A stretch of DNA of 64,000 bases from Microgenomates group bacterium (GCA_049287205.1 JBAQFJ010000001.1:575041-639040), one strand, 5' to 3'. Positions 9,978 to 19,272 are shown, counted from the first letter of the stretch. Numbers and translations are program-made. Notes: generated by a model from the sequence alone, not told the origin.

Positions 9978-11233
9978 ATGGTGCTCTTTTTATTATGTAG
10001 ATAATACGCTCCAAGACCCAACACAAGCAAGACAGAAATACTAATATTAATATAGATGACTTCCTCTATACTCTCGTGAAAAATTGAGATACCGATAATT
10101 TGTACCAGCGAACAGATGACAGGGATTATCCAAATTTTCGTCTTCCCCGTTGCCAAAAAAGTGACAGTGAACATGTTTCCGATGGAATACAGTACAAGAA
10201 AAATACCAAATATGCCGAGAAGTGAAGCGCCTCCTACATATGAAGCGCCAAACAACATTTTAATAATAAGGCTAGGAAACAAAAAATAAAGAATCGTAAT
10301 TCCTGATGATATGACAGTGACGCTTATTAATCCCATTGTAATGAGTTTGCTTGTATTTTCACCTTTCGCAGTTCGCTCTGACAAGACTGGATAGAATACC
10401 GATGCGAGAACCGAAGATGCGTAAAAAATAATCTTTCCAAGTACCGCAAGCGATGCATACACTCCGGCATCAATTGCAGTAAAATAGTGACGTACTAAGA
10501 TCATGTCTGTAGAATATATTGATGTCATACCAAGTGTAACAAGTAATGTTGGAATTGCGTATCGAAAGGCTTCACGTTTGGTAAGCTTCATCGGTAACAA
10601 TGGAGCGGTAAAAAGAAATCTAAGTGGGAAAAAATTTAATATGTATATAACGATTCCGCTGACTAGTGTCGCAATAAGTACTCCCATCACTCCGAATTGA
10701 ATAGCTGAAATACTCAGCGGTAATTTTAAAATAATTGCGCCGGCCCCAAGAATGCTTACCCATAAAAATTTCTGATACCCCTGTAAAACACTAGACATGA
10801 TAACTGTGAGTAATGAAAAAATAAAAATAACATATACGATGATAAACATGAGGGGAGATTTAATATTTAGATATGCCGATACTATTGGTGAAACCGCAAT
10901 GATAATTGGCAACAAACCGATGCAGAAAATCATGGCCGCCTTTGTGACTTTTGAAAACAACGTTTTTGTCTGACCAACTTCCCCTTTTGCTTTAAAACCT
11001 GAAATAAATTTCACTAAAACAAGAGAACCCACATTTAAAGGAACAGAAAAGATATAAAAAATAGAAAGAAGTGAAGATAACTCTCCATATCCGACAGGGC
11101 CTAATAACCGGCCCATTAATAAATGGTAAACGTATGCAGCCACGTTGGCTGACATAGAACCCACAAACATAATCATACTGTCTCTCGCCAGAGAGTGTGA
11201 TGTTATTTTCTGCATCAGGCTTTTAATTTTCAT
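9974..11233 (-). CDS. oligosaccharide/polysaccharide flippase (Wzx-like, MOP superfamily)
   Basis: 419 aa with about 12 evenly spaced hydrophobic helices and the N-terminal pattern of polysaccharide biosynthesis/flippase proteins (MIMFVGSMSANVAAYVYHLLMGRLLGPVGYGE). Confidence 0.65.
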   Translation of the reverse strand: MKIKSLMQKITSHSLARDSMIMFVGSMSANVAAYVYHLLMGRLLGPVGYGELSSLLSIFYIFSVPLNVGSLVLVKFISGFKAKGEVGQTKTLFSKVTKAAMIFCIGLLPIIIAVSPIVSAYLNIKSPLMFIIVYVIFIFSLLTVIMSSVLQGYQKFLWVSILGAGAIILKLPLSISAIQFGVMGVLIATLVSGIVIYILNFFPLRFLFTAPLLPMKLTKREAFRYAIPTLLVTLGMTSIYSTDMILVRHYFTAIDAGVYASLAVLGKIIFYASSVLASVFYPVLSERTAKGENTSKLITMGLISVTVISSGITILYFLFPSLIIKMLFGASYVGGASLLGIFGIFLVLYSIGNMFTVTFLATGKTKIWIIPVICSLVQIIGISIFHESIEEVIYINISISVLLVLGLGAYYLHNKKSTI

Positions 11234-11283
11234 ATCTTTTTACCATTGCGCTCTACCCATCTCTCCTTTTGTTTCGAACTCTT

Positions 11284-11964
11284 TTAAAAACGGTATTTAA
11301 TAAGTGTCCAAAATGCGATAATACCATCTCTCCACGTCAGTTTTTTCCCTTCAGAAAACTTTCTGCCGTAATAGGAAATTGGCACTTCATATATTTGATA
11401 TCCTTTTTTTAACACCTTCGCCGTTATTTCCGGTTCCATGTCAAATCGCTTCGATTGTACTGTAATTCCTGAAAGTACTTCCTTCCGAAACGCTTTAAAC
11501 CCGGTTTCCAAATCTGTAATATTTGCGTTATACAATATATTGTTTACCAATGTGACAAATTTATTCCCCTGCGCATAGACAAACATCGTTGACAAATGCG
11601 GTCCTAAAAACCGGGAACCGTATACAATGTCAACTTGTTTGTTTTCAAACGGGGCAAGAAGCACCAAATAGTCTTTTGGATCATATTCCAAATCCGCATC
11701 CTGGAAAAGAATATAATCGCCCTTGGCTTTTGTAAGTCCAATGGTTACAGCGCTTCCCTTTCCTTCATTTTTCTGTTTGTATACGACCGTTACTTTTTTC
11801 TCCCAAGCAACAAGTTTCTTTTTCGTTCCGTCGGTTGATCCGTCATCCACAACGATAACCTGCTTGTTCCAATCAGGCAACTGCACCTCAGTCACACGAT
11901 GAAGTATTTCATCAATGGTATGAACCTCGTTATAGACAGGAATAATAATAGATACTTTCTTCAT
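11284..11964 (-). CDS. GT2 glycosyltransferase, DPM1/GtrB-like (polyprenol-phosphate sugar synthase-like)
   Basis: From internal ATG at 11964: MKKVSIIIPVYNEVHTIDEIL...VVDDGSTDGT...QDADLEYDP. The longer ORF-track form (to 12201) would overlap the upstream gene by 240 nt. The short form gives a 4-nt ATGA junction. Confidence 0.8.
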   Translation of the reverse strand: MKKVSIIIPVYNEVHTIDEILHRVTEVQLPDWNKQVIVVDDGSTDGTKKKLVAWEKKVTVVYKQKNEGKGSAVTIGLTKAKGDYILFQDADLEYDPKDYLVLLAPFENKQVDIVYGSRFLGPHLSTMFVYAQGNKFVTLVNNILYNANITDLETGFKAFRKEVLSGITVQSKRFDMEPEITAKVLKKGYQIYEVPISYYGRKFSEGKKLTWRDGIIAFWTLIKYRF

Positions 11965-13055
11965 GCGATAAACCAGCCCCTCAGAAACAGAGCTGTAGCC
12001 ATTATCTCCAATATCGTACTTCCGAGCAAGAGCGATATCTTGATTTTTTTTGATGGAATTGAACCTAGAATAATAAATAAGGGTACTGCTGCCAAAATAT
12101 ACCGAGGCATCGATGAAAATGTGCCGGTAAGTGTAGGAATCGTGAGAACCACAAGACAGTATAGAAGTGCCGCCAGTGAAATCCGTTTTCTCCCAAGCCA
12201 CAATGCTACATACGAAATACCGGTCATAACAAATTCAAGCACGGTCACGAGATAGGACATGACAGTCGGCTGCATATATGCGGTGACTAACATTTTTAAA
12301 TATCGCCACACCACTTGCGGAGGGGAAATGAGTGCACTCCCGCTTCTGTTTGCACCAAAGGCAGACTGTACATGCATAAAAAGGAATGGGTCATTTTGCG
12401 TTGCGTTTAAAAAATACATATACCAAAACAATCCGATAGGCATAATGAGAAACCCAAGAATATCAACAATACGAATGTTCTTTGGTTTGGACCCAATATA
12501 TTCAATCAATGCATAGAGAGCCAGACAAATACCGATAATCCGGATCGCGCTTGCTACAGCTATCACAACGCCTGCCCACAAAAGCTGTTTTTTGGAAACG
12601 AAATGCATAACAAGTACCACGCACAAAAAAAATAGACCTTCGGTATACACAGCCCGAAAGAAAAAACTCGTCGGGAATGCAAGAAGAAATACTGTGGTGA
12701 ATTTTGCAAGCCTCTGCGATTTCTTCGCAAGGAGTGCATAAAGTATCATGAGCCCAATCAAAAATGAGATAAGAGAGATTCCAACGCCAATATATTCATA
12801 AGGTAACGGAAGTATCTGATGAAACGCGCGCATAAGCAGTGGATAGACTGGAAAAAACGCATATGCATACTGATAATACCCCGATTCAGCTATTTTTACA
12901 TAATGCACCCCGTCAAAATTCCCCCATGGAGAAACACCAAAATAACCGGTCCGAATAGGAATAAGATATGAAACCTTTTCTATGAGCTGCAAGGTAACAC
13001 CCCAGACTGCAAACGCAAGAAGAACAAACTTATTTTTTTGCCAAAATTGTTTCAT
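11961..13055 (-). CDS. polytopic membrane mannosyltransferase-like protein resembling the PIG-V/Gpi18 (GT76) family
   Basis: From ATG at 13055 (MKQFWQKNKF...). The loop motif GNFDGVHYVKIAESGYYQYAYAFFPVYPLL closely resembles the D-x-x-H-[FY]-x-x-IA-x-x-GY...FAFFPxxP signature I recall for PIG-V mannosyltransferases. About 9 helices. Confidence 0.5.
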   Translation of the reverse strand: MKQFWQKNKFVLLAFAVWGVTLQLIEKVSYLIPIRTGYFGVSPWGNFDGVHYVKIAESGYYQYAYAFFPVYPLLMRAFHQILPLPYEYIGVGISLISFLIGLMILYALLAKKSQRLAKFTTVFLLAFPTSFFFRAVYTEGLFFLCVVLVMHFVSKKQLLWAGVVIAVASAIRIIGICLALYALIEYIGSKPKNIRIVDILGFLIMPIGLFWYMYFLNATQNDPFLFMHVQSAFGANRSGSALISPPQVVWRYLKMLVTAYMQPTVMSYLVTVLEFVMTGISYVALWLGRKRISLAALLYCLVVLTIPTLTGTFSSMPRYILAAVPLFIILGSIPSKKIKISLLLGSTILEIMATALFLRGWFIA

Positions 13056-14085
13056 ATACAGCAACTGTTTCGTGAGCAGTTTTTTCCCAACTAAATGTTT
13101 TTGCCCAAGCAATACTATCCATATGCATCTTTTTTTTGGCTGTCGGTGACAATGTAAACATACGAATAATAGTTTCCGCCATACCTTGCACATTGCCGGC
13201 ATCCATTCTCAATGAGGGCCCTGCAATCTCACTAAGACTTGAGTTATCTGCAACGACAACGGGACAGCCGCATACCATTGCCTCCAAGACCGGCAGTCCG
13301 AATCCCTCATAAAAGGACGGCTCTACTAAACAGGTAGCCATCGAATACAACCCGACTAATTCTTCCTGACTGACAAAACCTGTCATCGTGACATGATCTT
13401 CAAGATGCAAATCATGGATACATTGTTCGATTTTTTGTGTTTCCTGAAGTTGACTGTTTTTAAATGCTCCCCCAACTAGTACTAAGTGAGTATTTTTCTT
13501 TTTTTGAAGAACGAGTGCGAATGCGGATAACAACCCAAGCACATTCTTATTCCAATTCACATCGCCGACAAATAACATAAAATTTGCAGGCAATTGATAT
13601 TTTTCCTTGATTACCTGTTCCAATTGTTTACTCTGTTTGACTTCATATCCTGGGGTCGCGGCAGAATACACCGCATGGATTTTACTTTCAGGTATTCGCA
13701 CAATGCGTTCAACGTCTTTTTTTGAACATTTTGAGACAGTAATAATGCCTTCGACTCGACGAAGCGCGATCTTTTGCATGTTCCACTTCACTCTTCCCCT
13801 GATTCCTGCGGGGAATTGTTCAGGAAACACCAATGGGATCAGGTCATGAACGGTTACGACAGTCGGAATTGTTTTTTCCCATGGGAGCGTCAAAAAAAAC
13901 GGGTCGAAATAGGGATAATGCACTATTTCTGCAGTATCGGGTATTTTTTCTCCTCGAGTAAAAAAACTATACGAATGTTTAGATTCATACTGCTGTAACG
14001 CATCAATAAGATTTTTGGTGTATACACCCACTCCACGCATGGCGTGTCCTGAGGAAAGTGGTGTTGTGTCTATCGCAATATTCAT
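13030..14085 (-). CDS. GT4 family glycosyltransferase
   Basis: EGFGLPVLEAMVCGCPVVVADNSSLSEIAG (E-x7-E) and the upstream GGAFKNSQ Rossmann-like segment. Confidence 0.85.
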   Translation of the reverse strand: MNIAIDTTPLSSGHAMRGVGVYTKNLIDALQQYESKHSYSFFTRGEKIPDTAEIVHYPYFDPFFLTLPWEKTIPTVVTVHDLIPLVFPEQFPAGIRGRVKWNMQKIALRRVEGIITVSKCSKKDVERIVRIPESKIHAVYSAATPGYEVKQSKQLEQVIKEKYQLPANFMLFVGDVNWNKNVLGLLSAFALVLQKKKNTHLVLVGGAFKNSQLQETQKIEQCIHDLHLEDHVTMTGFVSQEELVGLYSMATCLVEPSFYEGFGLPVLEAMVCGCPVVVADNSSLSEIAGPSLRMDAGNVQGMAETIIRMFTLSPTAKKKMHMDSIAWAKTFSWEKTAHETVAVYETILAKK

Positions 14086-15683
14086 TGGTGTTTTCTCCTA
14101 TACCAAAGTATACCCAATATAGCAAAAATCACCAAACTAGCCACTGAAACCGCGTCAGCGAGCGTACGAATGAGGGTTTCCTGCATAACAAGACGCACGA
14201 TATGTGTGCCTTTTGGAACGCGTACATCAATCGTGCCTTGGCTTTGATAGTCAATTGGTGTCGATACCCCGTCAACATATGCAGTCCATCCCGGAAAATA
14301 GAGTATGTGAAACCGAATGACCGTATCACTACCGAGTGACACTGTATACTGACGATCAAGATATTTCTCATTCGGGCCATCCACAATAATAGGATTCCCT
14401 TCCGTATCCGTTGCAATTGTCAGCGACTTTGTTTCTTTCCAAGGCGTCCAGATGGTCGACAAACTGTTACCCATGGACGATGTACCGTCGGTAAAATTTG
14501 ATCGGGATGCATAATATGCATCGTTTCTCGATTCATACTGTGCCCCCCGCGTGTAAGGAAATGCAAAGAGCACCGAACAACAGACGAGGAGTATTGGAAT
14601 CCACAGTTTTTTTGATTGTTCGGTGGTAAAGGCGGAAGCCCATGCAGTAAACGGGATCATAAGAACCAATAATCGCCATGGATATTGCAAGTACGGCAAT
14701 ACAGGCACATGCTGCCATATCCATACAGATGACGGCAATACAAGATATATGCTTACCGCCATAATCCCAATGACAACAAACAGCTCGCGCTTTTGTTTCG
14801 TAGATGCCTTTTTTAACCGAAAAATTATGTATCCAACCCACAACAAAACTGCAGCCCCTATCTGCAAGGACATTTTATTCCCGCTCGATCCAACACCTGA
14901 AAATTCAGTTCCCCATGAAGGAATAAGAAGTTCAGGAATGCTTGCAAAGTGATCAATGACACTCACTGTGTTTAACCCCACCATATAGTGTGACTCGGCA
15001 ACCGCAGGTAACCAAAACCATGCTGACAATCCAATTCCCAATACAAGGCACGCAAGCCATTTGGCGCTCAGTCGATACAACACATACAATCCCAATATCG
15101 GAAGAAAGATGATGGATAATCCGTTATGCGAAAGCAGTAATAAACACGCAGCAAGCGTCAAAAGGAAACCAGAACGTTTTTCAATACTAAAAAAACCTAA
15201 GAATAGAAATGTAATTGCCCATATTTCCCCTATAGATCCTCGTACGTACAGCTCGACAAACCAATACGGCACAAATGCAGCGGCAATCGTGCCAAAACTC
15301 GCGCTTTTTTGTGACCATTTCGTTTTTAACCACAAAAAACAAAATACCAGTGCGGATAAATACGCAAAAGCGCTTGTATATTTAAACGCAGTGACGAATT
15401 CAACACCAAAAACATGGAATAACGCTGCCATATAATTTGGAAACGGATACATAAACTGAAACAATGGTAAACCATATCCGCTATTTATTGTCGGCGCCCA
15501 ACGTGGGAACAGATACCCTTGGCTCAGCATGCGATAAAACTCCATAAACCGGATTATGTGATATTCCCCGTCATGTGTCGGAAGAAAACGGTTGCCTAAA
15601 AAAGGAAGTATTGCGACAACACCAAGTACCAAAACAACAAGTAATCCAAGGAAATTCAATATTTTTTTATTTTTTATGTTCAT
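14082..15683 (-). CDS. short YfhO-like polytopic membrane protein (GT-C) with C-terminal beta-sandwich module
   Basis: 533 aa. N-terminal THDGEYHIIRFMEFYRMLSQGYLFPRWAPTINSGYGLPLFQFMYP motif is shared with 19254..20912, 44064..45740 and 45742..47295. C-terminal YFPGWTAYVDGVSTPIDY...VPKGTHIVRLV module is shared with the long YfhO-like proteins. Confidence 0.6.
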   Translation of the reverse strand: MNIKNKKILNFLGLLVVLVLGVVAILPFLGNRFLPTHDGEYHIIRFMEFYRMLSQGYLFPRWAPTINSGYGLPLFQFMYPFPNYMAALFHVFGVEFVTAFKYTSAFAYLSALVFCFLWLKTKWSQKSASFGTIAAAFVPYWFVELYVRGSIGEIWAITFLFLGFFSIEKRSGFLLTLAACLLLLSHNGLSIIFLPILGLYVLYRLSAKWLACLVLGIGLSAWFWLPAVAESHYMVGLNTVSVIDHFASIPELLIPSWGTEFSGVGSSGNKMSLQIGAAVLLWVGYIIFRLKKASTKQKRELFVVIGIMAVSIYLVLPSSVWIWQHVPVLPYLQYPWRLLVLMIPFTAWASAFTTEQSKKLWIPILLVCCSVLFAFPYTRGAQYESRNDAYYASRSNFTDGTSSMGNSLSTIWTPWKETKSLTIATDTEGNPIIVDGPNEKYLDRQYTVSLGSDTVIRFHILYFPGWTAYVDGVSTPIDYQSQGTIDVRVPKGTHIVRLVMQETLIRTLADAVSVASLVIFAILGILWYRRKHQ

Positions 15684-16788
15684 GATATTTTTTCATACCG
15701 TACACAGCTACGTATAACCCCAATGGAATAATCGTCAAAAGTGTCCTTGCCATGGGTCCAAATCCGCCGTACTGCCCCATGTATATATATGGAAGATGCC
15801 TCAGCTCTAATGCAAATGATAAACAAAGCGTCCAACCGATAAGAAACGAGTGTTTCTTTATGTCCAAAAAAGCTGCGATACTAATCAACCACACAGCGTA
15901 CCATGGATATAATTCTTCACGGAGCGGCGCAAGAACAAAAAAAACAAAAGACATGAGTCCGTACGCATACAGTAACAGCCTTTCCCAAGAAATATTTTTC
16001 AATACCATAATTGGCGCGAGGACAAGTGTTGGAACTTTTGTACACCATGAGAAAATAAGAAATAATAAACCGAATAGCTTCTTTTTTTCGTGCCAAAGAT
16101 ATACCCCGAGCATCGCAAACAGCATCATCATGATATCATTATGCCCCGACACCAATACTTCAGTGAGAATCAGCGGATTCAAAGCAAAAAATATCACATT
16201 TTTCTTTGACTTAGTAACACTATAGATGAAAAAAATGAAAAGGAGATATACGAGGGCGTTTAACAATTTAAAAGAAATTATTGTTCTCCAAATATTTCCA
16301 CCGCCTAACGCGTTCGGTAACGCAGTTATTCCAATCCACAAAGGACCATAGAGAGCGACTTTGTTAGCAGCCCGCGTAAATGCGAGATATGGTTCATTTG
16401 GAATTTCAATTGGCATCACGATGTACGGATTCTCATGATGCGTGAACGCGACTTTTGCAGTCGCCATATAATTAAACAGATCATAACTTAATGCGGAAAA
16501 AGAACACACAAGTATGATAACTGTTGTTCCTATCACAATCCATAATTTTTTCCATGAAACGAATAGTTTTTCTGATTGAAAAAAAGCAAATACATACCAC
16601 CCTGTTAACCCCAAAAGAATAAGAAAAAATATGAGTGCAGCCAGTGGCCGATCAAAATATACTATATGACGCAGTGGCGCAAACCATGTAAGAAGCAACG
16701 TATTGTTTGTGAGTGACAGATTTAAATCAATAAATCCATACGAAAAAATGGTAAAGCTTATAAGAATAATAAAATACAGTATTATCAT
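15667..16788 (-). CDS. polytopic membrane protein, 'HxNPY' paralogue family (putative GT-C)
   Basis: 373 aa, about 10 helices. YDLFNYMATAKVAFTHHENPYIVMPIE motif is shared with 48868..50046 (YDFFNYLFTAKTVLVYHKNPYVVTPLQ). Confidence 0.5.
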   Translation of the reverse strand: MIILYFIILISFTIFSYGFIDLNLSLTNNTLLLTWFAPLRHIVYFDRPLAALIFFLILLGLTGWYVFAFFQSEKLFVSWKKLWIVIGTTVIILVCSFSALSYDLFNYMATAKVAFTHHENPYIVMPIEIPNEPYLAFTRAANKVALYGPLWIGITALPNALGGGNIWRTIISFKLLNALVYLLFIFFIYSVTKSKKNVIFFALNPLILTEVLVSGHNDIMMMLFAMLGVYLWHEKKKLFGLLFLIFSWCTKVPTLVLAPIMVLKNISWERLLLYAYGLMSFVFFVLAPLREELYPWYAVWLISIAAFLDIKKHSFLIGWTLCLSFALELRHLPYIYMGQYGGFGPMARTLLTIIPLGLYVAVYGMKKYHEHKK

Positions 16789-17930
16789 GTTCGTTTTATA
16801 TGATGCCTCTTATATACAACCTGTTTTGCAATCGAAAAAATAGCCCATATCATCATGCTATAACAAATCGGCAAAAAAGGCAGAAGATACCGAGCAGATG
16901 CTTGTCCTAGGGATATAAAAACACTGTATACAATGATGCAAAGAGCAGATATCTGTATAGCTGGATCCAGTTTCTTAACGATTGAACTTGCCGCGTACAA
17001 ACTTGTCAATATTCCGCTACCAATGACAATCGGCCAGGAAATAACCCAGCTTGCATCCTGAATAATCGGGATCTCTCCCCACCAAACATACCATTTGTTC
17101 AAAAAAATAAGCGGCCATATGGTAAACAGATGATTTAATTTTCCGTTTTGATACCAATACAGCCATTTTTGCACTTTCAACACCTCAATTACCGAATAGC
17201 CATCCATAAACATGCGAATGTATACCAATAGCGTCGTTATAAGGATTATTCCTCCTCCGCCTACGACATACCAAAAATATTTTGGCTTTTTTAAAAGAAT
17301 ATATAATGTAATCACCGCGGTAAACACTATCCCTATCAGCCAAACTTTCGTCATCATGGCACATCCAAGGAACAGATATGACAATAAAAGATAGAACGGT
17401 TTATCTTTTTTCAGTGCAAATGACGCAGTGATAACTGCATACAAAATAAAGGTGATAAAAAACATATCCAGTAACGGCGAAAATGAAAGTTGGTCCACAA
17501 ATAATCGTTCGAATGACGCGATTAAAACTGCGCCTAACGACATAATTCTATTATTTGTCATGAGTAGCACAAGCAAATAGATTCCGAAAAGCATGAATAC
17601 AAAAAAGAATGCGATACTTATGTGTTCATTGTTTGCTATCAAAATAGAAAGTCCAATGAGATATTTCCCGAGCGGCGGTTGAGTAGGTTCAACAATTATG
17701 GGGCTGGCGCCTTTGAGATATGCACCGGCCGCATATGCGTACACAATTTCATCAGGAATCCACGACTTCCATTCTTTCATTGTGTATTGTGATTGACCAT
17801 ATACATTTTTTAGACTTTCATATCGCATCCAGTAATCTGGTGCATATGCATCTCTATGCTGATATATCGTCCACCCTACACGGAAACATATGAGAATAAA
17901 AAGAAGAATAGTAATTACTTTTTTTGCCAT
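16785..17930 (-). CDS. short PMT/GT39-like membrane glycosyltransferase
   Basis: Loop-1 motif WIPDEIVYAYAAGAYLKGASPIIVEPTQPPLGKYLIGLS matches the DE...(H)PPLgK signature of protein O-mannosyltransferase/ArnT-family GT-C enzymes. 381 aa, no MIR domain. Confidence 0.55.
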   Translation of the reverse strand: MAKKVITILLFILICFRVGWTIYQHRDAYAPDYWMRYESLKNVYGQSQYTMKEWKSWIPDEIVYAYAAGAYLKGASPIIVEPTQPPLGKYLIGLSILIANNEHISIAFFFVFMLFGIYLLVLLMTNNRIMSLGAVLIASFERLFVDQLSFSPLLDMFFITFILYAVITASFALKKDKPFYLLLSYLFLGCAMMTKVWLIGIVFTAVITLYILLKKPKYFWYVVGGGGIILITTLLVYIRMFMDGYSVIEVLKVQKWLYWYQNGKLNHLFTIWPLIFLNKWYVWWGEIPIIQDASWVISWPIVIGSGILTSLYAASSIVKKLDPAIQISALCIIVYSVFISLGQASARYLLPFLPICYSMMIWAIFSIAKQVVYKRHHIKRT

Positions 17931-18502
17931 GGAGCTGTTTTAGAACCAACGTATGTATACTGCTCTTTAGTGTCTTGGAGGGCATTCAGTAGAGTATTTC
18001 TGATTTGAATAGATGTATCTAACATTACGCCAATGGATAAATCTGTTGCCACTGCTTTTTCAGGTATCCATTGAAATTCGTTGGGCAACCATTGCTTCAT
18101 ATACTCAATGGTCGATACATGCGTCTTCATCGCTTCAACTACAATTGTCTTCTGAACGCTCATATCTTTTCCCTCACGCATTCCTTTTTCAATAAGCGAG
18201 GTGATGTCAACAAGCGCGGCATCAGACCGGGTAATAGCGTCTGCCGCAAGCAAATACTGTTTATATTCAAACAATGTTTTTGCCTCAACCAAATATTTAT
18301 CTGAAAGGCTGAGGTGGTACTTTATTTGTGCAATCGTTCCCCAATTCCAGTAATTTTTTAGCGTATCCATCATTCGTGACACGCGATAGATTTTGTTCCC
18401 CGGCATAAAGGATGGGTATGGAAGAACGTATTCTGCATACACCTGAGGAACAAAATACATAAAGCTAACAAACAGCAACAAATACAAACTTATTTTTTTC
18501 AT
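17915..18502 (-). CDS. secreted hypothetical protein (signal peptide, alpha-helical)
   Basis: MKKISLYLLLFVSFMYFVPQVYA signal-like N-terminus; 195 aa; overlaps both neighbours (16 and 4 nt). Confidence 0.5.
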   Translation of the reverse strand: MKKISLYLLLFVSFMYFVPQVYAEYVLPYPSFMPGNKIYRVSRMMDTLKNYWNWGTIAQIKYHLSLSDKYLVEAKTLFEYKQYLLAADAITRSDAALVDITSLIEKGMREGKDMSVQKTIVVEAMKTHVSTIEYMKQWLPNEFQWIPEKAVATDLSIGVMLDTSIQIRNTLLNALQDTKEQYTYVGSKTAPWQKK

Positions 18503-19272
18503 ATCATATTTCTATACTTTCTATATGCAATTGGGAAGTGCAGAGCTGACCAATACGCAAACACCAGTCCATACCATCCGTCAACAAACCCTTTATGTCT
18601 CACAAACAGAAGAAAAAACATTTTCACGGGCTGCCAAATCATATAGGAAAACCAAGTCCTCAAGTTTTTAGAAATAGCACGCTCACGCATAAACATTGCG
18701 GTTAAACTGGTGTATGAATCAGCTTTTTTCCAATAATCTTTGGATGTTCTATACGAATAATGCAACATCGGCTCTTTTATGTAGCCGACAACCCCCTCAA
18801 CAGAAATTTGTTCATGCACATCTTTACAGGGTAACTTCGCTTTTCCATTTTTCACAAGACGGATAACATAATCAGGATATTGGCCGCCTTTTTTCATGAA
18901 GTGACCCCAAAAATTATTTCGTCGAGGAATATAATACCCGTTTATTTTTTTATCATCTGTTTCCACTATCTGCAAAATTTCTTTTTTGAGCGCACTTGTA
19001 ATCACTTCGTCAGCATCAAGCTGTAAAATCCATGCACCTTTGCTGGCATCCATCGCAATTTGTTTGTTGATATGAAAAATAGCAGGATTGTCGGCGTGAA
19101 TAATATGCTTTGTATATTTTTCAGCGATTGTAACGGTATTATCTGTTGAACCACCGTCCACCACGACAATTTCATCAACCCATGGCGTAACGGATGTTAG
19201 ACACGCATCAAGATTCTTTCCTTCGTTATAGACTGCTATTGCTACAGATAATTTCATGCTCTTTTTTTCCAT
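18499..19272 (-). CDS. GT2 family glycosyltransferase
   Basis: MKLSVAIAVYNEGKNLDACLTSV...VVVDGGSTDNT...LDADEV. The likely start is the internal ATG at 19257, giving a 4-nt overlap with the upstream gene. Confidence 0.8.
   Translation of the reverse strand: MEKKSMKLSVAIAVYNEGKNLDACLTSVTPWVDEIVVVDGGSTDNTVTIAEKYTKHIIHADNPAIFHINKQIAMDASKGAWILQLDADEVITSALKKEILQIVETDDKKINGYYIPRRNNFWGHFMKKGGQYPDYVIRLVKNGKAKLPCKDVHEQISVEGVVGYIKEPMLHYSYRTSKDYWKKADSYTSLTAMFMRERAISKNLRTWFSYMIWQPVKMFFLLFVRHKGFVDGWYGLVFAYWSALHFPIAYRKYRNMI

Noticed and set aside
11965-12201. 79-aa N-terminal extension of the DPM1-like GT2 (ORF-track form 11284..12201)
   Set aside because: It would overlap the upstream PIG-V-like gene by 240 nt. 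The GT2 domain begins at the internal Met (MKKVSIIIPVYNE), which gives a canonical ATGA junction.
14129-14841. Two same-strand internal ORFs (95 and 102 aa) inside 14082..15683
   Set aside because: They are alternative frames within a gene whose main frame has a paralogue-supported translation. No independent start context.
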